Sequence record: PZ027503.1
Length of the DNA stretch: 64,000 nt
Strand: one strand, 5' to 3'
From: a phage
The notes under the pieces are model-generated. The model had not been told where the DNA came from and did no database searches. It worked only from the letters and a program-made list of their open reading frames with translations. Below are positions 1 to 8,472 of the stretch, piece by piece. A program made the translations under genes and the position numbers. Each line of letters starts with the position of its first letter. Positions within the stretch are counted from its first letter, which is position 1.

Positions 1-16
1 GAAAACGTGGGAAGAA

Positions 17-298
17 ATGGAGAGACATGCGTATAGCATCAATGAAGCTTTAGATCGTAAAGCTTGGTTTATTGAGGCAGTAAAGGCGGCATACCCCCAA
101 TTCTCATTCTGTGATTTCACTGGTGGCCCAGGATACATTACACATACAGCCTCTTTTGAGTTTCCTGGTTCACGTTATAAGGGTAATGTTTATTGGGACT
201 GGGATGAAAATAAACAACCTTCGGCTCAAGACTTCCGTTGCTATGTTTGTCAAGGCGATCAAGAAGCCCTTGACAAATACCTACAAAGTCTGGTATAG
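17..298 (+). CDS. hypothetical protein (93 aa)
   Basis: ORF track; followed by hairpin plus T-run. Confidence 0.5.
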   Translation: MERHAYSINEALDRKAWFIEAVKAAYPQFSFCDFTGGPGYITHTASFEFPGSRYKGNVYWDWDENKQPSAQDFRCYVCQGDQEALDKYLQSLV

Positions 299-315
299 TG
301 CCAGCATCTGAACAA

Positions 316-345
316 AGCCTCCTGTTTCAGGGGGCTTTTCTTTTA
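316..345 (+). terminator. rho-independent terminator
   Basis: stem AGCCTCCTG/CAGGGGGCT followed by TTTTCTTTT. Confidence 0.5.
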
Positions 346-356
346 TAGGAGGGAAT

Positions 357-842
357 ATGTTTCAAGTAAATGTCAATGTGCATAATAGTTACTCTGATTG
401 TGAAACGTGTGGCTATAATTCATCTAATGTTATTCGTATTAGTGGCGATTTAGGAGAAGCTTCTTTTGGAGAAGAAGCAAGTTGCTTTAGTGGTATGGAT
501 GCAGAATGGAATGATATTGCACATTGGTTAGTGAGCAAACTAAAAGAAAAAGAGAAACCATTTCCTACTCTGCTTGATCGTTCTCTTGTGGAAGATGCAG
601 GTAAAGCATACGCAGACTATGCGTATGCAGACGGGAAATATTTGGAAGATGATAAGGCTAACCATTTGCTTTATGTTTACTATGAAGCTGAATCTGCCTA
701 CGATAATTATTACAGCATGTCTAACATCCTACGTCTGTTTGCAGAGTTTGATATTTATTTCGAAGTAGAATTTTCAGAAGATGATACTTACGAGTACAAT
801 TCTTATGATCCATTTGAGGAGGAAGAATGCCAAGACGAGTGA
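357..842 (+). CDS. strongly acidic D/E/Y-rich hypothetical protein (161 aa), coupled to Sir2 gene
   Basis: ORF track; AGGAGG 5 nt upstream; 16-nt overlap with downstream ORF. Confidence 0.6.
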   Translation: MFQVNVNVHNSYSDCETCGYNSSNVIRISGDLGEASFGEEASCFSGMDAEWNDIAHWLVSKLKEKEKPFPTLLDRSLVEDAGKAYADYAYADGKYLEDDKANHLLYVYYEAESAYDNYYSMSNILRLFAEFDIYFEVEFSEDDTYEYNSYDPFEEEECQDE

Positions 843-1642
843 TTTTTGTAAGCGGTGCAGGTTTAAGTGCAGACAGTGGGATTCGAACATTTAGAACAGA
901 CACAGATAGTGGTCGTGCTTTATGGGAAGAATATGATTTAGAAGAGGTCTGCGATATTGGAGCTTTCCAAGCAGGTTATCGTGTTAGAACATCTCCAGAT
1001 CTTCCAGTGGTCGGTGGTGTAGACGAGAACGGTATGGATTTGTATGCCAAAACACACGAATTTTATAACAAAAGACGTGTTGAGCTTAAAGATGTACAAC
1101 CTAATGCTGCACATATTCAAATAGCAAAGTGGTTTAAGGAATATCCTAACCAAATAGTAAACTTGACAACAAACGTTGATGATCTACTAGAGCGAGCAGG
1201 TGTAGACAGAGATTCTGTTATTCACGTACACGGCTATCTTCCTGAAGTAGTTTACCGTATGCATCCTGGAGATTACAAAACACTGGTAGATATTGGTTAC
1301 AATAGTATAAACATAGATGATTATAACTGGGTGAAGCCTAATGTTGTATTTTTTGGTGAGGCTGCACCTTTGTATGCAGATATGGCTCACTTGTTCGATA
1401 CTTTGACCATGCAAGATTTGGTTGTAGTAGTAGGATGTTCAAACCAAGTTATCAATTTTAATTGGGAATTATTTCCTGCACTTAGTATGGGTACAAAAAT
1501 GGTTGTAGTTAACCCTGGAGTTAATTACGAAGAAACACTTCTCTATGAAGATCGTGGAGTTTTTGTTTACCGAGAAAAAGCTGCAACAGCCTTCAGCAAT
1601 GAAGGTTTCATTAAAATGGTCGAAGACCACTTAAACAAATAA
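827..1642 (+). CDS. Sir2-family (sirtuin-like) NAD-dependent enzyme
   Basis: motifs GAGLSADSGIRTFR, TNVDDLLERAG, HVHG, VVFFGE, VVVGCS; no Zn-ribbon cysteines. Confidence 0.8.
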   Translation: MPRRVIFVSGAGLSADSGIRTFRTDTDSGRALWEEYDLEEVCDIGAFQAGYRVRTSPDLPVVGGVDENGMDLYAKTHEFYNKRRVELKDVQPNAAHIQIAKWFKEYPNQIVNLTTNVDDLLERAGVDRDSVIHVHGYLPEVVYRMHPGDYKTLVDIGYNSINIDDYNWVKPNVVFFGEAAPLYADMAHLFDTLTMQDLVVVVGCSNQVINFNWELFPALSMGTKMVVVNPGVNYEETLLYEDRGVFVYREKAATAFSNEGFIKMVEDHLNK

Positions 1643-1649
1643 ACCACTC

Positions 1650-1675
1650 AAGGGGCTTCGGCCCCTTTCTTATTA
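1650..1675 (+). terminator. rho-independent terminator
   Basis: AAGGGGCTTCGGCCCCTT hairpin then TCTTATT. Confidence 0.55.
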
Positions 1676-1685
1676 GGAGAATAAA

Positions 1686-1958
1686 ATGACTGAAGAAATC
1701 CGTGATTACTACCTTGCACATTACGTTTACTACTTTGCCAATGCTACACAAAAAGGGGAAGGTAATCTTTACTTGGCAACAGGACATGGAACAGGCGTTA
1801 GGAAATCAAATATTGATAATGCCTTGGCTCAAGTGGCTGCGGGGCTAGAAGATAAACTTCAAACACCTGTAGTTGTAGTGATGCAAAATATAAGTTACTT
1901 AGCAAGTTGTACTGAAACCGAATTTAACGCGTCTGAGACGCAATCTAACGAAGAATAA
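1686..1958 (+). CDS. hypothetical protein (90 aa)
   Basis: ORF track; AGGAGA RBS. Confidence 0.55.
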   Translation: MTEEIRDYYLAHYVYYFANATQKGEGNLYLATGHGTGVRKSNIDNALAQVAAGLEDKLQTPVVVVMQNISYLASCTETEFNASETQSNEE

Positions 1959-1963
1959 AACAA

Positions 1964-1992
1964 AGGCACCCACTTGGGTGCCTTTTCTATTT
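1964..1992. terminator. bidirectional terminator between convergent units
   Basis: AGGCACCCACTTGGGTGCCT hairpin with T-runs on both strands. Confidence 0.55.
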
Positions 1993-2027
1993 TAGAGCGT
2001 CTCTGTTCGATTTAGGTGGGTTCTAGC

Positions 2028-2258
2028 TTACTTGTGTAGTGCTCTCTCGTATAACTCAATGATCAATTCATCCTCTACTGTAATACGCGCCATTTGATCC
2101 GTCTTAAGTATTGTTGGTTGGTAGTGGTGCATTTCACTATTGATACTACAATCCCATTCGTCATAACCTAAATACTCTCCTACATGGACCTTAACCATAA
2201 AGGGAAACGGGTTATCTACCAAAAATGCCATACAACCTTCTTCGATTTTATTTAACAC
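2028..2258 (-). CDS. hypothetical protein (76 aa, GTG start)
   Basis: ORF track; AGGAGG-like RBS. Confidence 0.5.
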   Translation of the reverse strand: MLNKIEEGCMAFLVDNPFPFMVKVHVGEYLGYDEWDCSINSEMHHYQPTILKTDQMARITVEDELIIELYERALHK

Positions 2259-2285
2259 ACGACCTCCTATTGCTACAGATATGAA

Positions 2286-2307
2286 AAAACCCGCCGAAGC
2301 GGGTTCT
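2286..2307 (-). terminator. intrinsic terminator or attenuator
   Basis: AAACCCGCCGAAGCGGGTT hairpin followed by T6 on minus strand; identical hairpin at 36238. Confidence 0.45.
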
Positions 2308-2349
2308 ATTGCTACGATAGGATCACTATCCTATAGTATTGTTTCTGTG

Positions 2350-2631
2350 TCAAGCCTTAGCGTAGAAAAACTTCTCATATTCAGATTTTGTTACGATTGT
2401 GGGGCAACCTTTTGTTCCATCCTCGATAACAGGGGCTTCTACCATTCTGGTGTTGAATAAGCAATAAGTTCCACGCATGTAAATACCCAGTTTTGTTTCT
2501 ACGATGTGCTCTTTACTTACGCTTGAAAACTTAATCTCACCATCGGAGTCTCTTATAGCAATAAGCGCATGTTCGGGCCAATCTTTTCCTTTTGCTCCTA
2601 AAGCATTATACAATTCTTGAACGAGTTCCAT
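2350..2631 (-). CDS. hypothetical protein (93 aa)
   Basis: ORF track; same-strand tiling. Confidence 0.55.
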   Translation of the reverse strand: MELVQELYNALGAKGKDWPEHALIAIRDSDGEIKFSSVSKEHIVETKLGIYMRGTYCLFNTRMVEAPVIEDGTKGCPTIVTKSEYEKFFYAKA

Positions 2632-2643
2632 GTGACCTCCTTA

Positions 2644-2817
2644 TTAAATAACAAATTTTTCTTCTTCTGGCTTATCGTAATCTGGAGAATAAACATGTGC
2701 GGGATTAAAACCTTTAAAATTTCCGCGACCTTTACGTGGACAGTTGAATGTGCGAGCTTGATGATCCCCAAAAGATTTCCCACAATGCATACATTTAAAA
2801 TCAGTGCGTTTAGTCAT
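2644..2817 (-). CDS. small Cys-rich (CxxC) protein (57 aa)
   Basis: ORF track frame; start moved to internal ATG with AGGAGA RBS. Confidence 0.5.
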   Translation of the reverse strand: MTKRTDFKCMHCGKSFGDHQARTFNCPRKGRGNFKGFNPAHVYSPDYDKPEEEKFVI

Positions 2818-2869
2818 GCCATATCTCCTTTTAAAAGGCTGCACCTATTGAAGATGCAGCTTTGATAGA

Positions 2870-2971
2870 TTATTTAGATGAGTCTAAAATGTCTTTTACT
2901 TTTGCCGTGATAACGTCTTGATATTTGTTAATAAGATAGCCTACAACTACACCTACGATAAATGAAACCAT
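2870..2971 (-). CDS. small hydrophobic peptide (33 aa)
   Basis: hand-translated MVSFIVGVVVGYLINKYQDVITAKVKDILDSSK; AAGGAG RBS; below ORF-track size cutoff. Confidence 0.4.
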   Translation of the reverse strand: MVSFIVGVVVGYLINKYQDVITAKVKDILDSSK

Positions 2972-2980
2972 TATTTCTCC

Positions 2981-3589
2981 TTATTTAAGTGGTGAGAGAA
3001 CAATCTCTCGGTTTTTTAAGAACCAAAGCATGTCATCTTGATCATAATCTGATCCCTCTGTAGTAGAATTTTTGATAGAATCAAAAAACCAACGAGGTAT
3101 ACCAAAACAACTTCCAGATGACTGCATGTCTTTCTGCGACATTTTAAATGTGATTGGAAAATCACAATTATCAATCTCTCGGATATCTGCTGAAGATAAG
3201 ATTGTAACTTCAACCAGTTCGTCGTTAGATGTAGTATCGTTGTCTTCCTGAATAATGTCAAATGCTTTTTGCACATCTTTTGCATCTAATGTTAAACCTG
3301 TGGCTTTCTGAAAAGCCGAAACAAAAATTAGAGCTTCTTCAGAGCAAGGGGCTTCCAGCAAATGAGCCATAATAGGTGACAAGCAAATGTTAAGATCTTT
3401 GTCATACCAACGAACAATCCACACAGGCGTTGCTCCGTTTTGTTTGTCACGAGCCAAAATTGTAACGTGCTGACCTTCTTCTGGTATATGATACCAACCA
3501 GAAAAACCAGGACCTGTAGTAGATTTTTTGACACGTGCTACGTGTCCAACTTCTAAAGGATCTTTACCATCCCAAATCTTCTCTTCCAT
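2981..3589 (-). CDS. hypothetical protein (202 aa)
   Basis: ORF track; AGGAGG RBS. Confidence 0.6.
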   Translation of the reverse strand: MEEKIWDGKDPLEVGHVARVKKSTTGPGFSGWYHIPEEGQHVTILARDKQNGATPVWIVRWYDKDLNICLSPIMAHLLEAPCSEEALIFVSAFQKATGLTLDAKDVQKAFDIIQEDNDTTSNDELVEVTILSSADIREIDNCDFPITFKMSQKDMQSSGSCFGIPRWFFDSIKNSTTEGSDYDQDDMLWFLKNREIVLSPLK

Positions 3590-3597
3590 ATAACCTC

Positions 3598-3861
3598 CTA
3601 AATAACATCTTTGAAATAGTGAATCACTTCAATATTATGGTACAAAGTGCTTCGCTCTTTTGTGTACTCTGTTTTAGTAACAAACACTTTTGCAATACCG
3701 TACTTATGTGCTGGTAGGTTTGGATTGGTTTGCATAATTTCTTTCACTACACTTATAGTTTCGTGCTCGGATTCCCAATAAGTGAAGTAACCCTCACTAT
3801 CAACGATTAAAGACTCGTTTTCAAGATCTACAAAACAGAAAAATATTGACGGATGGCTCAT
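3598..3861 (-). CDS. hypothetical protein (87 aa)
   Basis: ORF track. Confidence 0.55.
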   Translation of the reverse strand: MSHPSIFFCFVDLENESLIVDSEGYFTYWESEHETISVVKEIMQTNPNLPAHKYGIAKVFVTKTEYTKERSTLYHNIEVIHYFKDVI

Positions 3862-4025
3862 TCTTTTTCTTCAACCTTCCTCAAAGCTTTTTGATCGAAT
3901 ATGGCGTGTTGCAATTCCCCGTTTTCATCGAACCAAGTTACTTTACAAGATTCACCATAACTTTCTATTACTGTCATTTGTTTGTTTGCACCTTTAAGAC
4001 AAACCACATCACCTACTTGCATCAT
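3858..4025 (-). CDS. small protein (55 aa) resembling DUF2158/YodC-like family
   Basis: hand-translated MMQVGDVVCLKGANKQMTVIES...; GDVVxLKxGxxxMTV motif; ATGA overlaps both neighbours. Confidence 0.45.
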   Translation of the reverse strand: MMQVGDVVCLKGANKQMTVIESYGESCKVTWFDENGELQHAIFDQKALRKVEEKE

Positions 4026-4471
4026 GATTGAGTTCCTTTTTGTTTTTCAATGGCTGCACGAATTTCTGCTAAAGGCTCTGCTACCAGATCTTCAACTTCT
4101 TGGATTTGTTCATTCATTACGTCACGAACCATTTGAATCCGCTCTTCAAGGGAAACAGCAAGTTCATCTGCATAAGCCATATTAAGAACGTGGTAGAAAT
4201 TTTCTTGTGCACTTAAAGCACCAGATAACAAATAATCCTGATCTTCCTCTGGTAAAAGCATGTGTTGCTCATATTCAGCAAAAGTGTTTTTGTTAATCTC
4301 AAGCAAAGCACCCATCATAACATCATACTGATAATCTTTATGGCCAGGGTTGTTTAAAATAACATCTTCAAAGATATTAAGAAGAATCTTAGTAACAAAA
4401 GCATTGTTTTCGGCACCTTCCATCTGACGGATTACCGTGATTACTTCTTTTTCTTTAGCGTTTTGGCTCAT
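4022..4471 (-). CDS. hypothetical protein (149 aa)
   Basis: ORF track. Confidence 0.6.
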   Translation of the reverse strand: MSQNAKEKEVITVIRQMEGAENNAFVTKILLNIFEDVILNNPGHKDYQYDVMMGALLEINKNTFAEYEQHMLLPEEDQDYLLSGALSAQENFYHVLNMAYADELAVSLEERIQMVRDVMNEQIQEVEDLVAEPLAEIRAAIEKQKGTQS

Positions 4472-4661
4472 AGTGTTTCTCCTCTGATTCTATTTGGATA
4501 TAACCTGTGGTTTTGCACGGGTTACACTCGTAAATTTGACCTACATCCGCCATAACATATCCTGCACCACCACAATAGGGGCAAGGCATAGGAGAACAAG
4601 GTGTGGACGTAGTGATTGTTACGACATTATCAATTTCCAACATTTTCGCCATTATTACCAT
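4455..4661 (-). CDS. small zinc-ribbon-like protein (68 aa)
   Basis: ORF track; CPYCGG...CNPC. Confidence 0.5.
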   Translation of the reverse strand: MVIMAKMLEIDNVVTITTSTPCSPMPCPYCGGAGYVMADVGQIYECNPCKTTGYIQIESEEKHYEPKR

Positions 4662-4903
4662 TCCGCTATTAACGTCAAACCAAGTGCATCGTTAAAACGC
4701 TCAACATTTGAGTATAGGTATGGAGGGGTTATTTGCTCTAAAATTTGTGCTGCTTCCACTTGGTGTTCTATGTTTTGAGAAGTTCGGGCATAAACTAAGA
4801 CACCCATTTTATTCAAAATAAAAACAGAATCAGACCCATCCAGCTTATCAACGGCTGCATACATTTTAGTCATATTTTCTCCTGGATTACCATTCAGCAA
4901 CAA
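4655..4903 (-). CDS. hypothetical protein (82 aa)
   Basis: ORF track. Confidence 0.5.
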   Translation of the reverse strand: MLLNGNPGENMTKMYAAVDKLDGSDSVFILNKMGVLVYARTSQNIEHQVEAAQILEQITPPYLYSNVERFNDALGLTLIAEW

Positions 4904-5102
4904 GACTGGGATTCATTGCAAAAGCTTTGAAAGTTGTTATGTCATGACTAACATTAAAACTAACACCTTTTACTTTCTCCAGTATTTGAACTTTTGTCTC
5001 TCCGTCCCACGGTAGGATGATAACACCATCTCCTGTGATCAACCACCAATGTTTCTCTCCATCTCGTGAATCTTTTGCTTTGTATAGAAAATTGGAACTC
5101 AT
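4887..5102 (-). CDS. hypothetical protein (71 aa)
   Basis: ORF track; GGAGG RBS. Confidence 0.5.
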   Translation of the reverse strand: MSSNFLYKAKDSRDGEKHWWLITGDGVIILPWDGETKVQILEKVKGVSFNVSHDITTFKAFAMNPSLVAEW

Positions 5103-5304
5103 TCTTCCTCCTGTTCGGTATTATTCACCTGTGAGACACAATGTAACACAAGTTTTGTGAGTTTGTCAAGGATCTAATTACATTCTATAGAAGAAGAGGG
5201 TTAATAACCATAGGAATAATCTTACTATAGGTGCAATACTAGTTAAGAGTTAGATTGATAGGTAAGACTTATCTTAAACAGATAATTGATAGGTGAATCA
5301 GCAT

Positions 5305-5361
5305 TGACTTTTTCAAAAAAATATGGTACCCTAAACATATGTTTACGAGCGATAGCGAGTA
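5305..5361 (+). promoter_or_regulatory. conserved element copy 1 (TTGACT...TACCCT...GAGCGATAGCGAGTA)
   Basis: near-identical to 42177-42234; followed by inverted-repeat hairpin 5382-5416. Confidence 0.4.
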
Positions 5362-5462
5362 GTAGATTTCTATATAATAATGTTTCATGTTACTCACGAT
5401 AGTGAGGTATGAAACGTAAGTGAAGGTAGATAAACTATGATCATCTATCTACCATCTATTAA

Positions 5463-5672
5463 TCAATATAGATCTAATGTTAGACTAACAGTTATCCAAC
5501 AAACAATAGCAGTCCATATAACAAGTAATGATCTACAAACTACATCCCATTCAAATACATTGTATGTTAACCATTCTCCCATCACAACAGAAGAACCCAA
5601 CCAACATCCAACAACAACTATAATCCAATAAAAGAATCCTACAGTAGAGTATACAGCAAAAGCTTTTAACAT
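5463..5672 (-). CDS. small membrane protein (69 aa)
   Basis: ORF track; hydrophobic; GGAGG RBS. Confidence 0.5.
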   Translation of the reverse strand: MLKAFAVYSTVGFFYWIIVVVGCWLGSSVVMGEWLTYNVFEWDVVCRSLLVIWTAIVCWITVSLTLDLY

Positions 5673-6085
5673 CTTTCCTCCAGAAGTTGTTCAACAGTTT
5701 GACGAGTATGATTGTCCCAGTAAACCTTAGTGAAGTCAAGAGTTCCTTGTTCGTTTCTCTTAGTTTCGAAGAAGTATCCGCCTTCTCTTTCTACTCTGTC
5801 TCTAATGTGCTCTATAAGGTGCTTTTTACAAGATGCTGATAAACAATAGTCATACTCCCCACGAAGCAATGCTATAGCTGCAAGTCTGTTATCACCAACT
5901 TGAGATATTGTCCAAGAAAGCATACTACCTTTTATACCTAAAGGTGTTTGTCGAATGGAATATCCACCATGCCGACTGATAGAAATTATGGCAAGTGGTT
6001 CTCCTGTTAGGGATCTTCCTAATGCACCTTCTGTTGGACTTCCTTCAATAACACGTTTGAAAAAAGCTTTGATCTTACCTAACAT
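5666..6085 (-). CDS. hypothetical protein (139 aa)
   Basis: ORF track. Confidence 0.55.
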   Translation of the reverse strand: MLGKIKAFFKRVIEGSPTEGALGRSLTGEPLAIISISRHGGYSIRQTPLGIKGSMLSWTISQVGDNRLAAIALLRGEYDYCLSASCKKHLIEHIRDRVEREGGYFFETKRNEQGTLDFTKVYWDNHTRQTVEQLLEERC

Positions 6086-6103
6086 AAGTCCCCCCTTAAA
6101 AAC

Positions 6104-6238
6104 TTACTTGTTTAAAGTATCTCTTACTTGTTCTGCTTGACGTTTAGTAATAAAAGTCCCAACCGAAACGTTAAATTCATTGACTACAGAGAACGATCCA
6201 TCACGATTCTCACGAATATTAAACAATTTCTTACTCAT
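6104..6238 (-). CDS. small protein (44 aa)
   Basis: hand-translated MSKKLFNIRENRDGSFSVVNEF...; GGAGG RBS. Confidence 0.4.
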   Translation of the reverse strand: MSKKLFNIRENRDGSFSVVNEFNVSVGTFITKRQAEQVRDTLNK

Positions 6239-6434
6239 TTCTACCTCCTTCGATGCTTTGTGCCGTACCATCCCAAGCCATTAGAATATTTGCCAATAGT
6301 TCACGAGGCTCTTTAAACCAAACTTCCATTTCATCAAGAATCTCGTCCGTGTCGTAAGTATAACCTGGAACACCAAGTTCGCATTTCTTAAGATAGCTTT
6401 CTAACCAGCGGTGATAATTCTTAACCCCATTCAT
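6231..6434 (-). CDS. hypothetical protein (67 aa)
   Basis: ORF track. Confidence 0.5.
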   Translation of the reverse strand: MNGVKNYHRWLESYLKKCELGVPGYTYDTDEILDEMEVWFKEPRELLANILMAWDGTAQSIEGGRNE

Positions 6435-6759
6435 ACTGTGCTACCTTTTCTTTTACCCAATCTACACGATCTTTATCATAATGTTGAGTGCCAAGGAAAA
6501 GACCATTGTGGAAACTTTCCTCACCGAAAGGATAAATCGGATCTAAACCATCTTCTTCAAATAACATTTTTAGTCTCTGTGATGTAGATTTCTTAGTTTC
6601 TGAGTTGTAGTTTGTGGTTATAAGCCAATCTTCCAAACAACGACACAAACCTTGACGAGAATCCCAAGGAAAAACGCAATCTCCGACAGGAGCTTGTTCA
6701 GCCCATTTCAACCAGCCTTTAAAAAAGTTATACAGTATGTAGTCTTCAGTGTAATACAT
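6421..6759 (-). CDS. paralog family A member (GLC ... RVDWVKEK motif)
   Basis: ORF track frame; start at internal ATG with AAGGAGG RBS; shared motifs with 6 other ORFs. Confidence 0.6.
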   Translation of the reverse strand: MYYTEDYILYNFFKGWLKWAEQAPVGDCVFPWDSRQGLCRCLEDWLITTNYNSETKKSTSQRLKMLFEEDGLDPIYPFGEESFHNGLFLGTQHYDKDRVDWVKEKVAQYEWG

Positions 6760-6810
6760 TAGCGCCTCCTTTACGTATACAATAACACCCCGAAGAACGG
6801 GGTGCAACTG

Positions 6811-7422
6811 TTATTTAATCTGTTTGAAAATTTCGTTTGGAACGGTACCGTTTAAAATACCTTCTACGATCTCCTGTGCAGACGTGTAAGAGAGTCCAAA
6901 AGAAGCTACGCCTAAAATTGCCTCCTTCAAAGGATCTGGCAGGGGTTCAAAATTACCTGCAACAAAGCCACCTGCACAAGCAGCGCCTTCATCATCCCAG
7001 AAAACAACTGCTACATCGTTACCATGCGAAGTTGTGCGATGTGCAATAACTTCAACTTCGGTGCCTTCTTTAGGAACAGAATAAGAACTGTCCCAAGAAT
7101 ATCTTTCCAAATCAGGAACAAAGATAACCTTTTCACCTACTGGTGGCAGTTCACAACGATAGTACCAAGAATTTTTTTCGTTCATTGTTTTATTTTCCTC
7201 CACGTCTTCAAAAGTAACGATCCAATCGTAGCCGTAAGAAAACGGATATTTTAGATCTAAAGAATAAGTTTGACCTAGATCATCCTCAACAAGAACCATC
7301 CTGTCAAAGTTTGCGATGTTAGGATTATGTTTAATGATAGGGTATGTTTCCCCTACAGTAAATTGTCCCAAATGGTAAAGTTCATCTCTCCAAGTAATTT
7401 GGATATGAGTGCATTGAATCAT
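6811..7422 (-). CDS. hypothetical protein (203 aa)
   Basis: ORF track. Confidence 0.6.
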   Translation of the reverse strand: MIQCTHIQITWRDELYHLGQFTVGETYPIIKHNPNIANFDRMVLVEDDLGQTYSLDLKYPFSYGYDWIVTFEDVEENKTMNEKNSWYYRCELPPVGEKVIFVPDLERYSWDSSYSVPKEGTEVEVIAHRTTSHGNDVAVVFWDDEGAACAGGFVAGNFEPLPDPLKEAILGVASFGLSYTSAQEIVEGILNGTVPNEIFKQIK

Positions 7423-7426
7423 AAAA

Positions 7427-7702
7427 TCACCCCCAAGAAATATTTATATATCTTACAATGTTTGCACTGTCTAAAGCCATGTTTGCACCACACCCACGCT
7501 CGCGCCAGTAACTAACAATACCTTCGCAGATACTTTCTTGTATCTTCTTATCACTTGGCATTTCTAGTATAAGACTTGGGTTGTGGATGTTTATGTTATA
7601 ATATCCTTCCTCTGCGGCTTGAGCTACCAACTTACTTACTTTTTCAAAGTACGGGGAATTAGTAGCATCTGCCATTGTTTTTAAGGTTTGTCTATCCATC
7701 AT
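7427..7702 (-). CDS. hypothetical protein (91 aa)
   Basis: ORF track. Confidence 0.55.
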   Translation of the reverse strand: MMDRQTLKTMADATNSPYFEKVSKLVAQAAEEGYYNINIHNPSLILEMPSDKKIQESICEGIVSYWRERGCGANMALDSANIVRYINISWG

Positions 7703-8064
7703 TCTACCTCATCATAGAAGAAATCCAACTCTTGTTCCAGTTGTTTAACTCGATCCTTAACCCACTGTACACGTTTTTCATTAAACATACAACGTTTTTC
7801 CTTACACTCTTGCTCAAAAGATTTTGCTGTGTTAAATGGGAAAGTTGTATCTAAGCCAGCGTTTTCAAAACTGGCTAATTGCATACCATAAACAGAATAT
7901 GCTAAAGAATGCTCTGCCCGAAATTCATCACTTATATACATACGCAGACCTCGGCATAAGCCAACATCAGCGTAACCACTTTCTCTTGGAAAGAGACGGA
8001 GGTGTTCTAACCAATTATTATAGAAATCTAAAAGAATCCTCTTACACTTCAAATCAATTGTCAT
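7699..8064 (-). CDS. paralog family A member (GLC ... RVQWVKDR motif)
   Basis: ORF track frame; start at internal ATG with GAAGGAG RBS. Confidence 0.6.
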   Translation of the reverse strand: MTIDLKCKRILLDFYNNWLEHLRLFPRESGYADVGLCRGLRMYISDEFRAEHSLAYSVYGMQLASFENAGLDTTFPFNTAKSFEQECKEKRCMFNEKRVQWVKDRVKQLEQELDFFYDEVE

Positions 8065-8464
8065 AAAAAGTTTCTCCTTCATCAAACAAGTTGGCAAGAT
8101 TGTTCATGGCAATCTGGGTGGAAAGAAGACAACTGTTTGCAGACACATAAGCACGAGCTATTTTGTAAACATAGACTTTCGTATTACAATTGTCTAGGAT
8201 CGGAAGGCTTTCGTCGATAGCATCTATAACACTAAACATCACATCTAAAACTTTAATGGTGAGTGTTGTATTTGTATCTTCGTAACCTTTTTCAATCAGA
8301 CCTGAATAGAAGGTATAGTCCTCAACAGTTCGTCGTTTAAATTGGCGCATAAAATCGGAACCATCTGTAGCAGAATTGAACAAATTTTCAAAAAATACGT
8401 CCCATCCGGCAAAAAGGGCTGACAGCATGATTAAGTGATCTACAGATTCATTTTCTTGTTTCAT
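8054..8464 (-). CDS. hypothetical protein (136 aa)
   Basis: ORF track. Confidence 0.55.
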   Translation of the reverse strand: MKQENESVDHLIMLSALFAGWDVFFENLFNSATDGSDFMRQFKRRTVEDYTFYSGLIEKGYEDTNTTLTIKVLDVMFSVIDAIDESLPILDNCNTKVYVYKIARAYVSANSCLLSTQIAMNNLANLFDEGETFYDN

Positions 8465-8472
8465 ATCCTCTC

